Shown: piece after piece, positions 56,519-64,000 of the stretch
Layout of the letters: the number at the start of each line of letters is the position of its first letter
Position numbering within the stretch: position 1 is the first letter of the stretch
Source of the DNA: Candidatus Sericytochromatia bacterium
Lineage (GTDB): Bacteria > Cyanobacteriota > Sericytochromatia > S15B-MN24 > JAQBPE01
Direction: 5' to 3'
DNA length: 64,000 bases
Assembly (NCBI GenBank): GCA_035285125.1
Contig: JAYKHR010000026.1
Location: 32,001 to 96,000 of the forward strand
Translations under genes and position numbers: made by a program
The notes under the pieces: model-generated
What the model was told of the DNA's origin: nothing
The model's database searches: none
Seen by the model: the letters and a program-made list of their open reading frames with translations, nothing else

Positions 56519-57646
56519 ATGAGCGCGAACGTGGCAGTCAACAAGGGCCTCGAGGACGTGGTGGTCAGCACCTCGTCCATCTGCTCGATCATCGACGACA
56601 TGCTGACCTACGGGGGGTACAGCATCGACGAACTGACGGAGCAGGCCATTTGCTTCGAAGAAATCGTCTGGTTGCTTTGGCACGGCAACCTTCCCAGTCA
56701 GGCCCAGCTTGACGGGCTGAAGGCCGAGATCGCCGCCGGCGCAGCTCTGCCCCAGCAAGTCTTGGCCCTGCTGCGCACCTTCCCGAAGGACGCCAACCCG
56801 ATGGATGTCCTGCGCACGGCCGTCTCGGCCCTGGGCCTCTACGACCCAGCCGCCGGCGACGACTCGGCCGCCTCGAACTTGGCCAAGGCCACCAGGCTTC
56901 AGGGCCAGTTGCCCACCCTCGTGGCGGCGTGGGAGCGGATCCGCAATGGCCAGGAGCCGCTGGCGCCGAAGGCGGGCGTCACGCTGGCCCACAACTTCCT
57001 TTACATGATGTTTGGAACCGATCCGGACGCGGTGTCGGTGAAGGCCATGGAGAAGGCGCTGATTCTCCATGCTGACCACGAGTTCAACGCCTCCACCTTC
57101 TGCGCCCGCCAGACGGCCTCGACGCTGTCCGACATGCACTCGTGCATCACCTCGGCGATCGGCACCCTCAAGGGGCCGCTCCACGGCGGCGCGAACACCG
57201 CCGTCATGAAGATGCTCGCCGAGATCGGCACGGCAGAGAACGCGGAGCCCTGGATCCTCGACGCGCTCGAGAAGAAGAAGAAGATCATGGGCTTCGGTCA
57301 CCGGGTCTACGAGAACGGCGATCCGCGGGCCAAGCACCTCCGCCGGATGTCCGAGGAACTCGGCCGCATCAAGGGCGACATGACCTGGTACGAGATGTCG
57401 ATCAAGGTCGACGAGGTTGTCAAGCGCGAGAAGGGCCTCCTGACGAACGTCGATTTCTACTCGGCGTCCACTTACCACTACATGGGCATCCCGGGCGACC
57501 AGTTCACACCGATCTTTGCCGTGAGCCGGCTCTCTGGTTGGGCCGCGCATGTGATGGAGCAGCTGGCCAACAACCGGCTGATTCGGCCTCGCGCCGAGTA
57601 CATCGGCCCTGGCGCCCGCACCTACGTGCCCATCGCGGCGCGCTGA
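56519..57646 (+). CDS. gltA: Citrate synthase (short CitZ/PrpC type)
   Basis: KGLEDVV, HADHEFNASTF, GPLHGGAN, MGFGHRVY, NVDFYS. Confidence 0.95.
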   Translation: MSANVAVNKGLEDVVVSTSSICSIIDDMLTYGGYSIDELTEQAICFEEIVWLLWHGNLPSQAQLDGLKAEIAAGAALPQQVLALLRTFPKDANPMDVLRTAVSALGLYDPAAGDDSAASNLAKATRLQGQLPTLVAAWERIRNGQEPLAPKAGVTLAHNFLYMMFGTDPDAVSVKAMEKALILHADHEFNASTFCARQTASTLSDMHSCITSAIGTLKGPLHGGANTAVMKMLAEIGTAENAEPWILDALEKKKKIMGFGHRVYENGDPRAKHLRRMSEELGRIKGDMTWYEMSIKVDEVVKREKGLLTNVDFYSASTYHYMGIPGDQFTPIFAVSRLSGWAAHVMEQLANNRLIRPRAEYIGPGARTYVPIAAR

Positions 57647-57659
57647 CCCGCGCTGGGTC

Positions 57660-57694
57660 GCGGGGCCACCCATCGGGTGGCCCCGCTCTTGTTT
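57660..57694 (+). terminator. Intrinsic terminator of citrate synthase
   Basis: gcggggccaccc-atc-gggtggccccgc then tcttgttt. Confidence 0.8.
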
Positions 57695-57705
57695 GCGGCC
57701 CTCTC

Positions 57706-57743
57706 TTGACGCCCAATTGACGCAAAGTTAATGAGACCTTAAC
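57706..57743. promoter_or_regulatory. Four TT(G/A)A half-sites with 11-bp period
   Basis: TTGA-N7-TTGA-N7-TTAA-N7-TTAA directly visible. Confidence 0.6.
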
Positions 57744-57803
57744 CGGGGCGGTCCCGGCCGGCGCTATAAGATGAATGGGACCGTTGCCCGTCCCGTGAGG
57801 TCT

Positions 57804-58943
57804 ATGCGTCGGCAGTCGAGCCAACCGATCTTGAACGCCCTCGTCGCCCTGGGGGTGGGGCTGTCGGCCACCCTGACGGGGTGCGGCAGGGACAGCTTCA
57901 CGGGGCCTCCCGGCGTCACGCCTGGGGTCGACGTCGTGCGTCGGGGCCCTGGTGGCGTGACGCGCTTCATGGCCCGCAACCTGCTCTACCGGCTCGATAA
58001 GCGGGTGTCGATGTTCCTCGTCGAGATGAACGCCGACATCCTGCTCAAAGACCCTTCGTTGCCCTTCATCCCGGCAAACAAGAGCGACTACAAGCTGCTA
58101 ATTCACCGCGCCGTCGTCGAGAAGGGGGCGGGAGATTTGGAGCACCTGATGAACACCTACGTGTTCAACGACGCGGACTCGCCCCTCAAGGACCTCAAGA
58201 TGAGTTTCCGCGGTGACCGCCTGGTGATGGCTGGCAAGATGAAGAAGGGCGTCTGGGTCGGCTTCGAGATGGAGGGCACGCTCGAGCCCACGCCCGATGG
58301 GCGGCTCAGGCTGGTGCCGAAGGTGATCAAGTCTCTCGGCCTGCGCGTGGATGGCTTGCTGTCCCTCTTCGGGTTGGAGATGGCTAAGCTTCTCAAGATG
58401 CGGGAGGAGAAGGGCCTCGTGCTGCAGGGCAATGACATCTTGATGGACATCAGCAAGCTCTATCCGGCGCCGACGCTGTTGGCGCGGGTAACGGCCGTGG
58501 CGATCCGCAACAACGCGATGCACATCGAGATGGACGATGGCAAGGCGCGTCCTTGGCCCGAGGATCTGCCCGTGCCCCAGGCGCGGTCCTGTCTGCTGAT
58601 GTGGGGCGGCGACGTGCTGATCAACTCCGTCTTGAACCTCAACGCCAAGATGCAGGTGCTCGACGCCTCGCAGAACACGCCGCAGGTCTTCGCGCTCGAC
58701 CGCTACCGGGAGCAGCTCGAGGCCGGCACAGTGACGCCGACGCGGCAGGGGCACTTGATTGCGTACGTGCCGGACGTGCTCGATTACGACGGCGACATGG
58801 GGCGGTTCAACCCTGCGCTCGGCGTCAAGGAAGGCCCTGCGGACATTCTGCCGGGGTCCGGGGGCCCTCGCTATACGGGGCCCACCGCCCCGGCCCCGGC
58901 CGCCGGTGACGAGCGTCAGGCGCTGTCGCTGGGGCTGCGTTGA
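57804..58943 (+). CDS. Hypothetical lipoprotein
   Basis: Lipobox LTG-C; beta-rich body; coding-like codon bias. Confidence 0.8.
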   Translation: MRRQSSQPILNALVALGVGLSATLTGCGRDSFTGPPGVTPGVDVVRRGPGGVTRFMARNLLYRLDKRVSMFLVEMNADILLKDPSLPFIPANKSDYKLLIHRAVVEKGAGDLEHLMNTYVFNDADSPLKDLKMSFRGDRLVMAGKMKKGVWVGFEMEGTLEPTPDGRLRLVPKVIKSLGLRVDGLLSLFGLEMAKLLKMREEKGLVLQGNDILMDISKLYPAPTLLARVTAVAIRNNAMHIEMDDGKARPWPEDLPVPQARSCLLMWGGDVLINSVLNLNAKMQVLDASQNTPQVFALDRYREQLEAGTVTPTRQGHLIAYVPDVLDYDGDMGRFNPALGVKEGPADILPGSGGPRYTGPTAPAPAAGDERQALSLGLR

Positions 58944-58946
58944 GCC

Positions 58947-59002
58947 AAAAAAAAGGGGAAGGCATGCAGCCACCCCTCTGGTGAATACCATGTTACCCCT
59001 TT
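58947..59002 (-). terminator. Long hairpin plus T8, probable terminator of the glycan operon
   Basis: Minus strand AAAGGGG...CATG...CATG...CCCC followed by TTTTTTTT. Confidence 0.6.
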
Positions 59003-60501
59003 GCCGCGCCCGATGTTGTGACGGTCGTCACGCGACGGCTCCAGCCGTTTCGCAGGGTCGCGACGACGCGGGCCCGTGCGCCTGGCGACATCACGGGCGT
59101 GGCGGCGACCAGGGTCACGTAGGTCACCCCCCCGACGCAGGCTCCGGCCAGCAGGCCGGGCCAGGGCGGCAGGGCGGTGACCGGCCCCGCGGCCACGCCC
59201 CCCGCCGTGGTTGCGGCCAGGGCCGTCCAGGCCAGCCTGCCGGCGTCCGGCCAGCACCCGGCCTGGCTGCGCCGGACAAGCCACACGCCCAGCAGGAGGC
59301 AGGCGGCCTGGGCTCCTACTGTCGCGAGGGCCGCCTGCAGCGCCCCACCGCCCGGCACGAGCCAGGCCACCAGCCCGAGGTACACCCCTGCGCCCACCAG
59401 GCCCGCGCGTTGCAGCGCCACCTGGCGATCCAGGGCGTACAGCAGGCTGCTCGCCGGGTAGCCCAGCACCGATGCCCCCGCGCCCCCGACCAGCAGCACC
59501 GCCAGCGTCGGGGCCATCGGGGCGTAGCCGTCGCCGAACAGCAGCACCGTGAGGGGCTTGGCGCAGGCCGCGCCGATGGCCCCCAGCGGCAGGGCCAGCA
59601 GGGCCAGCCAGCGGCCTGTGCGCAGGTACATGGTGCCGAGGGCCGCGTGGTCACCGGCCCCTCGGCTGCGGGCCATTGCCGGCAACAACACCCCCACGAG
59701 GGCCCCGGGGCCCGTGCGCATCGCCATCTGGGCGAGGGCGAAGGCCAGGGCGTAGTAGCCGACCTCGGCCGGGGAAGCCCAGTGCTCCAGCACCAGCACC
59801 CCGGACCGCTGCCACACCACCGCGTCCACCAGCACGATCACGGCGAGCGAGCCGCCGAAGCGGCCCAGCGCCTTGGCCTGCTCGGCCGACAGCTTGGCGC
59901 GCCACCAGCCGGGACGCTGGGCGCTCAAGGCCACGAGCAGGGGAACGCACGTGACAGCCTGGGCAAGGCCCTGGGTCAGCAGCACCCCTGACACGCCCAG
60001 GCCAGCTCCCGCCGTGGCGGCAAGGCCACCCACCTGCACCACCAGGCCTGCCGCTGCCGCCCGGGCCACGGCGCCGTGTAGCTGTAGCCCCTGGCACGCT
60101 CCCACGAGCCACATCCCCAGCGTGGCCGGCGCGAGGGTCCCGGCCGCCAGCAGCCACGTGCCCTGAGGCACGGGCATCGGCAGGCAGCCTCCGGCCAGCA
60201 GCCAGGCGGCCAGCACCCAGGCCAGGCGGCGGCCCCACCGCGCCAGCCCGTGGGCCAGCACGCCGCTGGCCTCCGCGGTGGCGTGCCGCCCGGCTGCCTC
60301 CGCCAGGTGCTTGGTCGTGGTGGTGATGCCACCCAGGTGGACCGCGATCGCGGCAAGCGCCAGCAGCCACGTCAGCCAGCTGTAGGCGCCCATCCCGCCG
60401 GGGCCCAGCAGGCGCGCGGCAACGACGGTCACCAGCAGGGCATTGCCGGCATTGAGGGCGACGGCGATCGCGTTGTGGCGGGCGTGGTGGGCAAGGGACA
60501 T
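58993..60501 (-). CDS. Oligosaccharide flippase (Wzx/MATE-like)
   Basis: AARLLGPGGMGAY, EVGYYALA, LLFGDGY; multiple TM helices. Confidence 0.88.
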   Translation of the reverse strand: MSLAHHARHNAIAVALNAGNALLVTVVAARLLGPGGMGAYSWLTWLLALAAIAVHLGGITTTTKHLAEAAGRHATAEASGVLAHGLARWGRRLAWVLAAWLLAGGCLPMPVPQGTWLLAAGTLAPATLGMWLVGACQGLQLHGAVARAAAAGLVVQVGGLAATAGAGLGVSGVLLTQGLAQAVTCVPLLVALSAQRPGWWRAKLSAEQAKALGRFGGSLAVIVLVDAVVWQRSGVLVLEHWASPAEVGYYALAFALAQMAMRTGPGALVGVLLPAMARSRGAGDHAALGTMYLRTGRWLALLALPLGAIGAACAKPLTVLLFGDGYAPMAPTLAVLLVGGAGASVLGYPASSLLYALDRQVALQRAGLVGAGVYLGLVAWLVPGGGALQAALATVGAQAACLLLGVWLVRRSQAGCWPDAGRLAWTALAATTAGGVAAGPVTALPPWPGLLAGACVGGVTYVTLVAATPVMSPGARARVVATLRNGWSRRVTTVTTSGAAKG

Positions 60502-60511
60502 GGGCTGGGCC

Positions 60512-61093
60512 TCACCCGCCCGCCGGGAGCGTTCGCAACAGCCGAGCGGGCACGCCCGCCACCAGGCTCCCTGGCGGAAACGATCGCGTGACCACCGCAC
60601 CGGCCGCTGCCACGCAGCCTGCGCCCAGCGTCACGCCCTTGACCACCGTGACGTGGGCCCCGAGCCAGACGTTGGACCCCAGCCGCACGGGGGCGACGGC
60701 GTGCCCCTGGGTGGCATACGGCAGGTCCCAGCGGGTGATGGCATGGTCATGGTCCCGGATCGAGACGCCCTCGGCGATCAGGCAGTCGTCCCCGACCTCG
60801 AGGTCACCAAGGGTGCTCAGCGTGCTCCACGGCCCGAGGTGGACCCGGGCACCGAGGCAGAGCCTCGCGCCCCCGTCGACCTTGAGCTCCACCCCGCGAC
60901 GCAGGTGGCAGCCTGCCCCCACCCGGACCTCCGCCCCTGGCGCCAGGCGCCACAGGATCCCTGGCTCGAGGCGACAGCCTGGCCCCAGTTGCAGCGCCGG
61001 GTGGCGAGCCAGCAGCCATCGGCGGCGCAGCGCGCCCTCGGCGACCCCCAGCAGGGCCGCGATCCGCGCGAGCGAGGTGGCGCCGGGGCTCAC
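60512..61093 (-). CDS. Hexapeptide-repeat sugar O-acyltransferase
   Basis: VGDDCLIAEGVSIRDHDH, NVWLG, AAGAVVT, GVPAR. Confidence 0.9.
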   Translation of the reverse strand: MSPGATSLARIAALLGVAEGALRRRWLLARHPALQLGPGCRLEPGILWRLAPGAEVRVGAGCHLRRGVELKVDGGARLCLGARVHLGPWSTLSTLGDLEVGDDCLIAEGVSIRDHDHAITRWDLPYATQGHAVAPVRLGSNVWLGAHVTVVKGVTLGAGCVAAAGAVVTRSFPPGSLVAGVPARLLRTLPAGG

Positions 61094-62331
61094 GCCGCCC
61101 CTGCCTGGCGGGCTTGCCGGCCGCCCGCGACGGCCACCTGGTACCACGCCTCGGTGCTGGCGGCGAGCGCGTCGAGGGAGTGTCGCTCCGTCGCCACCCG
61201 GCGCGCCTCTTGCCCGATCTCCATCAGCTGGGGGCGGCTCGTCAGGGCCGCCGAGAGCCGTGCCGCCAGGCCTGGCGCGTCGTTCGGAGGCACGAGCCAG
61301 CCCGTGACGCCTTCCGTGACGATCTCGGGCGCCCCCCCCGCGTGGCACCCCACGACCGGCCGGCCGCAGGCCATGGCCTCGAGGTACACCAGGCCGAAGG
61401 GCTCCGCGGGAGACGGGGCCACGAACACGTCGCACGCCGCGTACAGGCCGGGCAGCTCGGCCTGCGTGAGGTGCCCCGGCAGCCTCAGGTGGTCTGCCAC
61501 GCCGGCTTCTGCCGCCCGGGCCCGCAACGCCTCCCGCAGCGTCGGCCCCCCGGGGGGATCACCCCCTGCGAGCACGAGCAGGGCCTCGGGGTGCCGTCGG
61601 AGCACCTGGATGAAGGCCTCCAGCAGGGTCCACACCCCCTTGCGGGCCTCGAGGCGCCCGGCGTAGAGCAGGACGGGGGCCTCGGCCGGGACCCTGAGCC
61701 TGGCGCGCGTCGCCGCGGCGCAGACGGGGCGGAAATGCCGGGTGTCGACGCCGAGCGGCACGATCGCGACGCGCTCGCGCGGGAGGGCGGGGCGAAAATC
61801 TTGTCGGGCCGCACCGGCGAGGCTGGCCGAACTCGCCAGCACCAGGCTCGCTCGGCGCAGGGTTGCCGCCTCCAGCAGGCCCGCGAGGCGCGCGTCCAGG
61901 TCGAGTGCCTGGCCGTTCAGGCGTCGGACGAGCGCGGTGTGGCCGTGCAGACGGGCGACGACGGGGGTCCGGGTCGCGAGGGCCGCTGCAAGGCCCCAGC
62001 CCTGGTACTCCGGCACCTCCAGCACGTCGAAGGGACCCTCCTCCCGCAACGCCCGCGCAGCGGCCACCGCGAAGGGGCCCGTCCGCGCCACCATGCCCAG
62101 CCATCGTGCCGGCCAAGGGGCCCGCCAGGCGTGCCGCGCCCCGACACCCACCAGGCGTACGCCCTCGGCGCTGGCCGTCTCCCGGGGGCCGTGGGCCAGC
62201 ACCGTGACCCGGTGGCCGCGCTGCGCCAGCGCACGGGCCAGGTGCTGCGTGTGGGTTCCGATCCCGCCGCTGGTCCCGAAGGCCGGGTGCTCGCGCGTCA
62301 CGAGGCAGATGCGGAGGGGCGCGTCACGCAT
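61090..62331 (-). CDS. Glycosyltransferase family 4
   Basis: GGIGTH, GRLEARKG, EPFGLVYLEAMACG. Confidence 0.94.
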   Translation of the reverse strand: MRDAPLRICLVTREHPAFGTSGGIGTHTQHLARALAQRGHRVTVLAHGPRETASAEGVRLVGVGARHAWRAPWPARWLGMVARTGPFAVAAARALREEGPFDVLEVPEYQGWGLAAALATRTPVVARLHGHTALVRRLNGQALDLDARLAGLLEAATLRRASLVLASSASLAGAARQDFRPALPRERVAIVPLGVDTRHFRPVCAAATRARLRVPAEAPVLLYAGRLEARKGVWTLLEAFIQVLRRHPEALLVLAGGDPPGGPTLREALRARAAEAGVADHLRLPGHLTQAELPGLYAACDVFVAPSPAEPFGLVYLEAMACGRPVVGCHAGGAPEIVTEGVTGWLVPPNDAPGLAARLSAALTSRPQLMEIGQEARRVATERHSLDALAASTEAWYQVAVAGGRQARQAGAA

Positions 62332-63805
62332 GGCGCTGCCCGGCCGGGGGGGCCTGGTCTCGCAGGGTGGCGGCCTGCTCGGCGGCTGCCACCCGGGCGC
62401 GCAGGGGGGCAAGCCGCCAGCGCTGGGCCAGCCAGCGCAGCCCGGCCATCAGCCGTTCGGTCCCGCGCGCCGCTTGCACCCGCCTGCCGCGCGTCACGAG
62501 CTCCAGCTCCCCGGCGGCCCAGGCGTGGGCCAGGCGCACCTCGGCGTGGTCCAGGCCGTGGGTTCGGACCAGCCCGCTGTAGCCATTGTAGCTGCGGAAG
62601 GGGCCCTCCGCGTGGTAGCCGGCGGCAATGAACGCCTCCCGGGTGGCCGTGCCGTGGTAGGGCGTCATCAGCGACACGCTGTAGTCGCACGGCAAGCGCT
62701 TCGCCGTCTCGACCGTGCTGCGCACCGAGCGCCACGTCTCGTGAAGCGAGCCCACGATGAAGAAGCCCGTCACGGCGATGCCGAGCTCGGCGCAGCGAGC
62801 CATGTTGGCGAGGGAGCGCTGCAGGGCTGCGCCGTTCTGGTGGATCTCCCGGAGGATCTCCACGTCCACGGACTCGACGCCTGTCATGATGCGCGTGAAG
62901 CCGGCCCCCCGCAGCTTCGCGAGGTCCTGGGCGTCCAGGGCCTCCAGGTCCGTCTCCGTGGTGATGGCCAGGTCCGTCTGGCTCCCGAGCCGCTCGGCGA
63001 TCGCCATCAGGTGCGCCTTGCGCCACGAGATGTTCGGGTCGCGCGTCTGCACCTTGCGAGCGCCGAGGGCGCGCAGGTGCGTGATCTCCGCCATCACGCC
63101 CTCCACGCTGCGGGCGCGCCAGGCCTTGCCCTGGTGCACGTAGTACGGGCACATCGCGCAGCCCTTCGGGCAGCCGCGGCTGGTCAGGAGGTAGTACACG
63201 AAGCGCTCGACGCGACCACCGGGGGCGTAGGCCGCGCGGTCGACCAGCTCCCAAGCCGGGAACGGCAGCGCGTCGAGGTCGGCCACCACGGCCCATTCCG
63301 GCGCCTGCGCCTGGCCGGGGCGCAGCACCGCCGCGTCGGGGGCATCGGACATGTAGGCCTGCAGTACGGCCTCCAGTTCGCCGTGGACGGCCGCGTCCCC
63401 CTCGAAGCGCGGCAGCCAGGCGCCGTGGGTGGTCTTGATGACCTGCCCGAACACGAACACGCGTGCCTCGGGCAGGGCGCGGACCAGCCGGTTCGCCAGC
63501 GCGAGGTCCTCGGTGAGCGACGGCAGGCTGAGGCGCACGCCCACGCGGTCGGGCTGGGTGCGTTGCACGGCCGCTACCGTGTCCTCCTCACCCCAGCGGC
63601 TCGCCACCGCATCCACCAGGTGCGTCCGGTGGCCGGCTTGGGCTGCGATGGCGAGCCCGTACAGCAGGTCCATGGCCGGCGTCGGGGGGACGTACGGCGT
63701 CCGCCAGGTGGTTCGAAAGGGTCGCGCGACACCGATCCCGCCGGCCTTGTCGCGATCGCTCACGTGGCCGGGCAGCTCGGGGGGGTTCACGAGGCACAGG
63801 TTCAC
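62324..63805 (-). CDS. Radical SAM protein with B12-binding-like N-domain
   Basis: SRGCPKGCAMCPY (CxxxCxxC), DLDALPFPAW, GVES, TPYHGT; GTG start after AAGGAG. Confidence 0.88.
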   Translation of the reverse strand: MNLCLVNPPELPGHVSDRDKAGGIGVARPFRTTWRTPYVPPTPAMDLLYGLAIAAQAGHRTHLVDAVASRWGEEDTVAAVQRTQPDRVGVRLSLPSLTEDLALANRLVRALPEARVFVFGQVIKTTHGAWLPRFEGDAAVHGELEAVLQAYMSDAPDAAVLRPGQAQAPEWAVVADLDALPFPAWELVDRAAYAPGGRVERFVYYLLTSRGCPKGCAMCPYYVHQGKAWRARSVEGVMAEITHLRALGARKVQTRDPNISWRKAHLMAIAERLGSQTDLAITTETDLEALDAQDLAKLRGAGFTRIMTGVESVDVEILREIHQNGAALQRSLANMARCAELGIAVTGFFIVGSLHETWRSVRSTVETAKRLPCDYSVSLMTPYHGTATREAFIAAGYHAEGPFRSYNGYSGLVRTHGLDHAEVRLAHAWAAGELELVTRGRRVQAARGTERLMAGLRWLAQRWRLAPLRARVAAAEQAATLRDQAPPAGQRHA

Positions 63806-63836
63806 GGCATGCTCCTTCTGCTGGGTCCGAGCGGGC

Positions 63837-64000
63837 CTAGCGGCCCACCCCCACGTACACGAAGCCGAGCTCCTTGAGCACGGCCGGCTCGAACATGTTG
63901 CGGCCGTCGATGAAGACGTGGTGTCCGCGCATTGCCAGCCGCATGCGCCCGAGGTCGAGGGCGCGGAACTCGGGCCACTCAGTGGCGACCACCAGCGCAT
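63837..64000 (-). CDS. ugd: UDP-glucose/GDP-mannose dehydrogenase, C-terminal fragment
   Basis: Hand translation ALVVATEWPEFRALD...FIDGRNMF...GFVYVGVGR-stop. Confidence 0.85.
   Translation of the reverse strand, partial: ALVVATEWPEFRALDLGRMRLAMRGHHVFIDGRNMFEPAVLKELGFVYVGVGR

Noticed and set aside
58098..58991. 297-aa minus-strand ORF starting within the terminator hairpin
   Set aside because: Antisense to a well-formed lipoprotein gene; the apparent SD/ATG is part of the hairpin

Overview
Very GC-rich bacterial chromosomal window made up mostly of housekeeping genes. No tRNA, rRNA, CRISPR array, transposase or phage structural gene was recognised. It contains the rimP-nusA-ylxR-infB-rbfA-nrnA-truB operon, hpt, lepB, a SpoIID/LytB gene, dnaE with a 187-aa mini-intein, an ABC1/UbiB kinase, asnS, a D,D-carboxypeptidase, rbgA, clpB, recJ, polX, pepA, hspR-clpC, citrate synthase, and the 3' end of a surface-glycan locus (ugd, radical SAM, GT4, acyltransferase, flippase). 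The cyanobacterial-type ClpC and LepB, outer-membrane-type proteins, unsplit dnaE and absence of photosynthesis genes suggest a non-photosynthetic relative of Cyanobacteria such as Sericytochromatia (inference). The most notable observations are: (1) the contiguous DnaE mini-intein; (2) a roughly 170-nt promoter-preceded structured RNA candidate upstream of a Cys-rich microprotein; (3) an 11-bp-periodic TTAA motif in several promoters; (4) HAIR-like operators at clpB and hspR; (5) apparent pseudo-enzymes (PolX without catalytic Asp residues, a CcsA-like protein without the WWD motif, a divergent MqnA); (6) an adenylate cyclase whose best start codon is ACG.
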